64,000 bases of DNA, taken from Verrucomicrobiota bacterium (GTDB lineage Bacteria; Verrucomicrobiota; Verrucomicrobiia; Limisphaerales; Palsa-1400). A program made the position numbers and the translations under genes. Below, piece by piece: positions 58,008 through 64,000 of this stretch (position 1 is the stretch's first letter; each line of letters starts with the position of its first letter). The DNA lies in assembly GCA_049510745.1 (NCBI GenBank), contig JBEKYR010000012.1:88267-152266 (forward strand). Direction: 5' to 3'. A model generated the notes under the pieces. It did no database searches. It was not told the origin of the DNA and was given only the letters and a program-made list of their open reading frames with translations.

Positions 58008-58346
58008 ATGAAGCAAAGCAGCGTTTCTCCGCCTCGCCGCCGCGCGGTCCGCACCGATGCCGCCCAGCGCGCTCAACTGCTCGCGGCGTTTGACCGGAGC
58101 GGATTGTCCGCCGCCGATTTCGCCCGCCAGCACGGGGTTCATTACACCACCTTCAGCGGCTGGCGGCAGCGCCGGGATCGGACCAACGCGTCTCCGGCTT
58201 TTCTCCAGGTGGAGTTGGCCTCGCCCGCGCCGCCCTCGGAGTTGGTGATCGAAGTAGGCGCAGCCCGGCTGCGTGTGGTGTCGGTGGCCCAATTGCCGCT
58301 GGCCGCGCGGTTGCTGCAAATTCTTCAGGAGAGCCGGCGATGCTGA
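58008..58346 (+). CDS. tnpA: IS66 TnpA (HTH)
   Basis: RSGLSAADFARQHGVHYTTFSGW. Confidence 0.9.
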   Translation: MKQSSVSPPRRRAVRTDAAQRAQLLAAFDRSGLSAADFARQHGVHYTTFSGWRQRRDRTNASPAFLQVELASPAPPSELVIEVGAARLRVVSVAQLPLAARLLQILQESRRC

Positions 58347-58696
58347 GTTTTCACGCGCAGCTCAAGGTGTTCCTGGCGACCGCGCCGTGCGATTTGCGGA
58401 TGAACTTCAACGGGCTGTGGGCGGCAGCGCAGCAACGGCTGGGCGAAGATCCCAAGGGCGGGGCGCTGTTTGTCTTTGGCAACCGGAGGCACAACCGGAT
58501 CAAGATTCTGTATTTTGACGGCACGGGTGTTTGCGTCCTGGCAAAACGGCTGGAAGAGGGAACGTTCCACTGGCCGCAAAGCGCGGGCGAGCCGGGGGCC
58601 AAAATCCGTCTGGCGCCCCAGGCCTTGCAGTTGTTGCTGGACGGGGTGGATTTGAAGGACGGGGCGCGCCGGGCCTGGTATGAAAGCGCCGCGTAA
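58340..58696 (+). CDS. tnpB: IS66 accessory protein TnpB
   Basis: DLRMNFNGL, IKILYFDGTG, KRLEEGTFHWP. Confidence 0.95.
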   Translation: MLSFHAQLKVFLATAPCDLRMNFNGLWAAAQQRLGEDPKGGALFVFGNRRHNRIKILYFDGTGVCVLAKRLEEGTFHWPQSAGEPGAKIRLAPQALQLLLDGVDLKDGARRAWYESAA

Positions 58697-58775
58697 AGCA
58701 TAAAAACTATTTCGCGAAAATAATCCAAAAAAGATTGAAACTTTTTTAGCGGCGTTGCGTCGGATTGACAGACTG

Positions 58776-60326
58776 ATGAACGACCCGGCGCTGCAAACGC
58801 AAATCAACCTGCTGCAAGAGCAAGTGGCCTCCTTGCGGCAGGCGTTGGAGCAAACCCGCCAGGCGTTGGAACAGTCCCGGCGCGAGAACACGATTTTGCG
58901 CCAGAAGCTCGACGCGCTGGCCCGGCGATTCTTTGGCAAAAAGAGCGAGCAGTTGAACGCCGCCCAGATGGAGTTGCTCCTCAGTGGTTTGATTGACAGT
59001 GCCGTCTCCGAGGAAAAGAAGGAGCCGCCCGCGCGGCCCGCGCCGCGCACTTCTCCTTCCTCTTCGCAACGCATTCGCACCCCGGAACATCTGGAAGTGA
59101 TACGCCAAGTCATCGAGCCGGAACTGGTGCAGGCCCAACCGGACCAATGGAAAAAGATCGGCGAGGAAATCAGCCGCCGGCTGGATTATCAGCCGGGCAA
59201 GTTCTTCTGGCAGGAAACCGTCCGGCCCAAATATGTGCGCGCCGATCAGCGGGACCTGCCGCCGGTGATGGCGCCGGCTCCGGCCCAAGTGGCCGAGCAC
59301 AGCCTGGCCGCGCCCGGTTTGCTGGCGCAAATCCTGGTGGCCAAGTATTGCGATCATTTGCCCTTCTACCGGCAGGAGCAGATTTTTCAGCAACGTCACG
59401 ACGTGTTCATCAGCCGTCAACAGATGGTGCAATGGACCTTTCAGAGTGTGCGCCTGCTTTCGGGCATCAGCGACTTTCTCAAAAATCAAATGCGCCAGAG
59501 CGGCTACGTGCAAGTGGATGAAACGCCGGTGCGCTATCAAGACTCGGATCTGCCGGGCCGCTGTGGACAAGGCTATCTGTGGGTGGCGTCGGTTCCCGAT
59601 GGGAGCGTGGTGTTTGAATGGCACGCCAGCCGGGCGGCGGGTTGTTTGAACTCCCTGTTGGGTCCGGGCTATCGGGGCAAGCTGCAAAGCGACGGTCACA
59701 GCGCCTATCCCGCCTTTGTCAAGGAGAAGGAGGATTTGAAACTCTTCGGCTGCTGGGCACATGCGCGGCGGGGATTTTTTGAAGCCAAGGAACAAGCGCC
59801 GCAAGTGGCGGGGTGGTTCTTAAACCAGATCGGGCAGATGTATGGCTGGGAAAGGCAACTGCGGTTGAGCCGGGCCGGACCGGCCTTGCGCCAGGCTCAT
59901 CGGCGGTCCGACAGCCGCATGGTGGTGGAACGACTGGAACGCGCGCTTCAATTGCTGCGCCCGCGTTACCTTCCAAAAAGTCCGATGGGGCAGGCCATCC
60001 ACTATGCCTTGAACCAATGGCCGACCCTGGTCCGGTTCCTGGATCATGGCGAAGTGGAGATCGATAACAATCTGGTGGAGAATGCCATCCGGCCTACAGC
60101 CATCGGCAAAAAGAACTGGCTGTTTTTCGGCTCAGAAGAAGCCGGCCAGCGCAGCGCCGTCATTTACACTCTGATTGAAAATTGCCGGCGCCACGGCGTG
60201 GAACCCCACACCTATCTCAAAGACGTGCTGGAGCGCCTGCCCACCACGACCAACCGGGAAGTCGGCCAACTGACGCCGCTCAACTGGAAGAAGGCCCGTC
60301 AACAACAAGTGAAGCTGGCCGCTTGA
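58776..60326 (+). CDS. tnpC: IS66 DDE transposase TnpC
   Basis: KYCDHLPFYRQ, VDETP, CWAHARR, IDNNLVENAIRP..GKKNWLF. Confidence 0.97.
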   Translation: MNDPALQTQINLLQEQVASLRQALEQTRQALEQSRRENTILRQKLDALARRFFGKKSEQLNAAQMELLLSGLIDSAVSEEKKEPPARPAPRTSPSSSQRIRTPEHLEVIRQVIEPELVQAQPDQWKKIGEEISRRLDYQPGKFFWQETVRPKYVRADQRDLPPVMAPAPAQVAEHSLAAPGLLAQILVAKYCDHLPFYRQEQIFQQRHDVFISRQQMVQWTFQSVRLLSGISDFLKNQMRQSGYVQVDETPVRYQDSDLPGRCGQGYLWVASVPDGSVVFEWHASRAAGCLNSLLGPGYRGKLQSDGHSAYPAFVKEKEDLKLFGCWAHARRGFFEAKEQAPQVAGWFLNQIGQMYGWERQLRLSRAGPALRQAHRRSDSRMVVERLERALQLLRPRYLPKSPMGQAIHYALNQWPTLVRFLDHGEVEIDNNLVENAIRPTAIGKKNWLFFGSEEAGQRSAVIYTLIENCRRHGVEPHTYLKDVLERLPTTTNREVGQLTPLNWKKARQQQVKLAA

Positions 60327-60954
60327 GATAACCGCCGCCACCCGCTACCCCCTCATCTCGTCGCCCCCATCGCCGTGTCAAGGGGGACTCCGCTTTACCG
60401 CTTACCATTGACGTGCAAGCGAGCACCAACCTGCAAACATGGCAGGCCTCGGCAGCGTCGCCGCCAACACCAACGGCGTGGCCCAATTCGATCAGACCAA
60501 CGCCCCCGCCTTCGACTGGCGCTTTTACCTGACCGTCCCACAGTAAGCGAATGGCAGCCCGATAGATCGTGAAGCCCTTATGGAACGGCTCCTACCCGTC
60601 CAACGTTCCGAGGGAACCTTTGGGGCGAGAAAACAGCCTTTTTTTTGGAATTGCGCGCTTTTGACCGCTTTGATGGAGGTCTGATGGAGGAATAAACGTG
60701 CCGAAAAGCGCTTTTCAATCACGATTTGACAACCGTGGGAGCGCAGCGGCGGCGGAGTTCGGTCGTGGCGGGTGCCCTGGGACAAGCCAGTCTTATGGCT
60801 TACGGCGTCAATGGCATCGGCTGAAAGTTTGGGGCGGTGGCGGGCGAAAGTTGAACGGGACGGAACAAGCACCCAACCCGAGGCAAGGCCGGGTTTCGCG
60901 GAATGGAGACGGCGAAGTTTAATCAGGATGAAACGCTGTTTTCGCGGGTACGGT

Positions 60955-61203
60955 TTATGCGGCTTCAAGTTGCCGCATTAGCGTGGCGGCCTCTTTTACA
61001 GGGTCCGCCTCACAGGCTCGGCAAAACCAAAAAAACTCGACCATATCGAGGCGGCGCTCGCCCAACTCCAGGCGGCCAATGAAACTGCGCTCCCGTTGGA
61101 GTTTTTCTGCCAATTGTCGTTGGGTGAGTCCAGCCTTTGTGCGCAGTGCCACAATCATTTTACGGAGGCATTCGCTTTGACGGGAATGGATTGTCTTATT
61201 CAT
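60955..61203 (-). CDS. XRE-family HTH regulator
   Basis: RTKAGLTQRQLAEKL...IGRLELGERRLD. Confidence 0.88.
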   Translation of the reverse strand: MNKTIHSRQSECLRKMIVALRTKAGLTQRQLAEKLQRERSFIGRLELGERRLDMVEFFWFCRACEADPVKEAATLMRQLEAA

Positions 61204-61295
61204 GCCCGCATCTTGCGGGCGCTATTTGCTTGCTTCCAAAATGCGGGCAGGCACAATTATGACCGACATGTGGTTTTTGGCATAACGAATCAAAC

Positions 61296-61880
61296 ATGAT
61301 GGAATTGGAGCAAGAAACGACGCTGGCAAAAGTGCGATTACACTGGATAATCTTCATTCCTGTGCTGCTGGTTGCATTGGGCCCGATTCTGGCGTCATTG
61401 CCTATCATATTCATGCTCCACGGATTGGTTAACGCGCTGGGCCAAATGGGAATGCCCGCCAATCCGCGCCTTAACTTGATCTGGCTGCTGATTCTGGTGC
61501 CGTACTTCCTGATCGTCCTGGGCCTGCTTCTGGCAACATGGTTTACATATTGGAAATCGGAATTCATGTTGACGAATCGGCGTTTGGCTTTCCGCACTGG
61601 ATTTTTGTCGAGGCGTTCCGGTGAGTTGCCGCTGGAAAATGTCGAATCCATTTACATTTCTGAACCGCTGCTGGGGCGTATGTGTGGTTACGGGAGTGTA
61701 ACGGTTACAACGGTTGGTGGAGCGGATTTTCCGCTCTTGTTTATCGGCTCGCCGCAAAGCTTCCATTCGACGCTGCAAAAGGCTGTTTTGAACGCCAAAA
61801 AATCTGCGAGACCTATCCCAAAGCTGCCCGGATCAGGATCGCCCTCGGACGATGACGACTCGCGGTATAAGCCAAAATGA
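61296..61880 (+). CDS. Membrane protein with bacterial PH (bPH_2-like) domain
   Basis: Two TMs, then LTNRRLAFRTGFL...ELPLENVESI...LGRMCGYGSV. Confidence 0.8.
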   Translation: MMELEQETTLAKVRLHWIIFIPVLLVALGPILASLPIIFMLHGLVNALGQMGMPANPRLNLIWLLILVPYFLIVLGLLLATWFTYWKSEFMLTNRRLAFRTGFLSRRSGELPLENVESIYISEPLLGRMCGYGSVTVTTVGGADFPLLFIGSPQSFHSTLQKAVLNAKKSARPIPKLPGSGSPSDDDDSRYKPK

Positions 61881-61888
61881 TAGATATA

Positions 61889-62683
61889 TTAGTGGATGGG
61901 TTTTGCGGCCAAACTGGATCGAAACTCTGTGATTTCCCAATAGAGGGCTTGGTCAAGCGCCTCCTTGATTTCGGGAGGAATATAACGTTCGCTGTCGAGA
62001 ATATATTTAGCATCGCGCAATTTCATGTCCGCGCCATGTGGAAGGACGGGTTTTTCAACCAAATAATATTGCTCTGGCCAACCGCGTGGCAAGATAAACT
62101 CCATTAGCTTGTCGGGTGGGTACCGTTTGTCGTCCTTGTACCCGAGGATGTCGGCATACGCAGAAAACTTTCGCAAATCGCTGACGCGATAAATTCGTTT
62201 TTCGGAATGGCCGCTCTCATGGAGAATTTTGTGGATGCTCTTTGTCAAATGGAAATCGTCGGCTAAATTGACTAAGGCTCTCTGAAGAACTGAATTTACT
62301 ACATAGGTTTTGAACTTGCCCCCGCGATTTGATGCGACAAAAAGCAACTGGAGTTGACGGAAAATTTTGATCAATAAAAGGTTCAATTCTTTTCCGTCGT
62401 ACCCTGGGACGCTGTGAGAAAAAGTGTAGGCTTCTTTGGTGTATTCGAGGCCCCTGGTGTCCAGTGCTCTTGCGTCAGGCCCGGCAAGGAGTGAGACGGG
62501 GTCGGCACCGGTCGCTTCAAGAATGCTGATTGCCAGTTTAGGGCTCAATGGAAGCGTGCCATTTTCGATCCGCTGAATGGCGATGGCAGAACAGCCGATC
62601 AGGTTGGCGAAGGTTGGTTGGGAAAGACCAAGGCAGGTTCTGACCTGTCGCACAGGATGAATGAATCGTGGCTTACGCGGCAT
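61889..62683 (-). CDS. XRE-family HTH repressor-like protein with long C-terminal domain
   Basis: HPVRQVRTCLGLSQPTFANLIGCSAIAIQRIENG; divergent from the SSB-like/Rep genes. Confidence 0.75.
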   Translation of the reverse strand: MPRKPRFIHPVRQVRTCLGLSQPTFANLIGCSAIAIQRIENGTLPLSPKLAISILEATGADPVSLLAGPDARALDTRGLEYTKEAYTFSHSVPGYDGKELNLLLIKIFRQLQLLFVASNRGGKFKTYVVNSVLQRALVNLADDFHLTKSIHKILHESGHSEKRIYRVSDLRKFSAYADILGYKDDKRYPPDKLMEFILPRGWPEQYYLVEKPVLPHGADMKLRDAKYILDSERYIPPEIKEALDQALYWEITEFRSSLAAKPIH

Positions 62684-62794
62684 AACATACCACGTATGTA
62701 TAAAAGTCGCCGAAGTGGCCAGCCAAAATTGTAAATTTCCTTGGGGGGACTGAGAATTGGGTTGTGCAAAGAGAACAGTTCAATTCAAGCCGCA

Positions 62795-62915
62795 TGGGGG
62801 CGGTAATCAGGCCGTATTGTTGGCTGGCGCAAGTTGGTGTCACGGGCTGCACGGCGTGGCGTTGGCGGCGCGAAGAGGGGGGATGGAAACGTGAACATCC
62901 CGGACGAATCAATTT
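62795..62915 (+). pseudogene. Possible decayed excisionase/AlpA-like HTH
   Basis: MGAVIRPYCWLAQVGVTGCTAWRWRR, then an apparent frame break before a VNI..GR-like segment. Confidence 0.3.
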
Positions 62916-62993
62916 CCCGGCGTGCCTCCGTCGATGCCGGGCGAATCAACTAACCCGACGGAAAATGACAAAAAACAAGAAAGGTAAATCAAC

Positions 62994-63272
62994 ATGGTTG
63001 CAACGTTTCAAGTACACAAACAAACATACGGCCGCTGGCCGGCCAAGAATGGCAAGCCTGCTGGCGAGTCCTTCGACTTGGACCTCATTGACATGAGCCT
63101 TCCGGCGGAACACGCCTATCGGGGCACTCTGCCCTATCGCCTGTCGCCAGAGGAAAAAGAGAAGTACTGGGGCAAGGTCGAACGCAAAAACATTCAGGTG
63201 GCGATTCACGAAATCCAGACCACGACGCGCGGCCCCGTGCTTCGGGGCGCCATCATTTCGATGGAGAAATAA
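62994..63272 (+). CDS. Small protein, candidate ssDNA-binding protein (inovirus pV-like size and position)
   Basis: 92 aa, beta-rich, AGAAAGG RBS, stop 3 nt before the Rep start. Confidence 0.5.
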   Translation: MVATFQVHKQTYGRWPAKNGKPAGESFDLDLIDMSLPAEHAYRGTLPYRLSPEEKEKYWGKVERKNIQVAIHEIQTTTRGPVLRGAIISMEK

Positions 63273-63275
63273 ACG

Positions 63276-63812
63276 ATGCAAAGGTTTCCGCTGGACAGCT
63301 ACGCATACTCGCTGGCGCGCGTTCGTTGGGACGTATTCGGCACTTTGACCTTCCGGTCGGTGCCGTCCCCGAAAAGAGCGTATGGCCGGGCCTGGGCGCT
63401 GATGCGCCTGGCGGCGGAGCTGGTCCAGCGGCCCTATTCCCAACTCCTGATTGCGTTGCGCGCGGAGCTTGGGGAGATGACGGGACGGTTCCACTTCCAT
63501 TTTCTTTTGGGTGGAACCCAAACGCGCAACGAAATCACGCTGGCGCACCAGCTTGAACACCGTTGGTATGGGTTGTTCGGCCAGGGGGCGATCAGCAAGT
63601 GCCGGCCATACGACCGCTCCCGCGCTGGGGTGGCCTACGTTACGAAGTGCCTGGGCAAAGGGGCTTGGGGCGCGAACGATTACGAGTTGAGAAAGTTCAA
63701 CTTGGCCGACACGGTGACGCTGTCCAGGTCTGTGTTCCGGGTGATTGGGAGCTTTGACCGCATGGGGACGGACGCCACAGCGCGCACGTGTGAAAAGACG
63801 GGCTTTCGATGA
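63276..63812 (+). CDS. HUH rolling-circle replication initiator (minimal)
   Basis: Motif I FGTLTF, motif II GRFHFHFLL (HUH), motif III AYVTK (YxxK). Confidence 0.85.
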   Translation: MQRFPLDSYAYSLARVRWDVFGTLTFRSVPSPKRAYGRAWALMRLAAELVQRPYSQLLIALRAELGEMTGRFHFHFLLGGTQTRNEITLAHQLEHRWYGLFGQGAISKCRPYDRSRAGVAYVTKCLGKGAWGANDYELRKFNLADTVTLSRSVFRVIGSFDRMGTDATARTCEKTGFR

Positions 63813-64000
63813 GGGAGCAACCGCGCAGCGCAGGCTTAGACCAGCCTCCCATGTGCTATGCCGCAAGGCCGGTGCATGGATTACGAGGCCGTAAACGCGA
63901 CTATCTCGCCGGTTAAAACGCGGTCTTACTGCCGCGCACGTGAAAGGGGACTCAAGGGCCCCAGGGGACGGGCGGAGCGGCGCGCCAGCGCCGCCCCCCC

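Larger units (their letters stand above)
57948..60405 (+). mobile_element. IS66-family insertion sequence, intact
   Basis: Perfect 25-bp terminal IRs GTAAGCGGTAAAGCGGAGTCCCCCT; 8-bp TSD CATTGACG at 57940-57947 and 60406-60413; tnpA-tnpB-tnpC. Confidence 0.97.
57876..60546 (+). pseudogene. Remnant of a C-terminal beta-domain of a secreted protein, split by IS66
   Basis: Removing the IS and one TSD copy gives DGTILLQAQGSPGQSIDVQASTNLQTWQ/(frameshift)LGSVAANTNGVAQFDQTNAPAFDWRFYLTVPQ*. Confidence 0.7.
43375..64000. mobile_element. tRNA-targeted genomic island (right end outside window)
   Basis: att-like tRNA fragment and arm-type repeats at the left edge; abrupt switch from housekeeping genes to recombinase, RHS, IS66 and Rep genes. 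Confidence 0.7.

Noticed and set aside
58340..58696. RNA-guided TnpB nuclease
   Set aside because: This is the unrelated 118-aa IS66 accessory TnpB; it has no RuvC or zinc-finger motifs.

Overview
GC-rich bacterial chromosome segment. Gene content and repeat styles suggest Verrucomicrobiota (Pedosphaera/Limisphaerales-like); this is inference, not a database result. 1-1320 is the edge of a lower-GC patch with a Ser-first proteasome-beta-like (Ntn) gene followed by an HNH nuclease that runs off the window. 1327-43170 is mostly core genome: atpD-atpC-trpA, an MdtABC-type RND pump, amidase, tal, two pilin-like paralogs, tRNA-Val(GAC), aroK/queG, gatCA, ptsH-hprK-lptB-kdsA, an ECF sigma/Ser-Thr kinase triad, pgi, and a fluoride riboswitch-crcB operon. 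It is peppered with small toxin-antitoxin genes and several kinds of intergenic inverted-repeat elements. At 43354-43374 a 21-bp copy of a tRNA 3' end (probably tRNA-Thr) marks the left border of an integrated island that continues past 64000. The island holds a truncated, fused RIT-type tyrosine recombinase, ICE-leading-region-like small genes, an intact IS66 with an 8-bp target duplication, and a repressor/SSB-like/HUH-Rep module resembling a filamentous-phage or rolling-circle replicon. It also holds the most unusual locus here, three genes encoding a large secreted protein, a C39-peptidase-RHS fusion and a transglutaminase-like/TPR protein. The RHS fusion carries its own double-glycine cleavage motif, and its C-terminal cargo is a (PPGTNNPA)x6 repeat peptide rather than a recognisable toxin.
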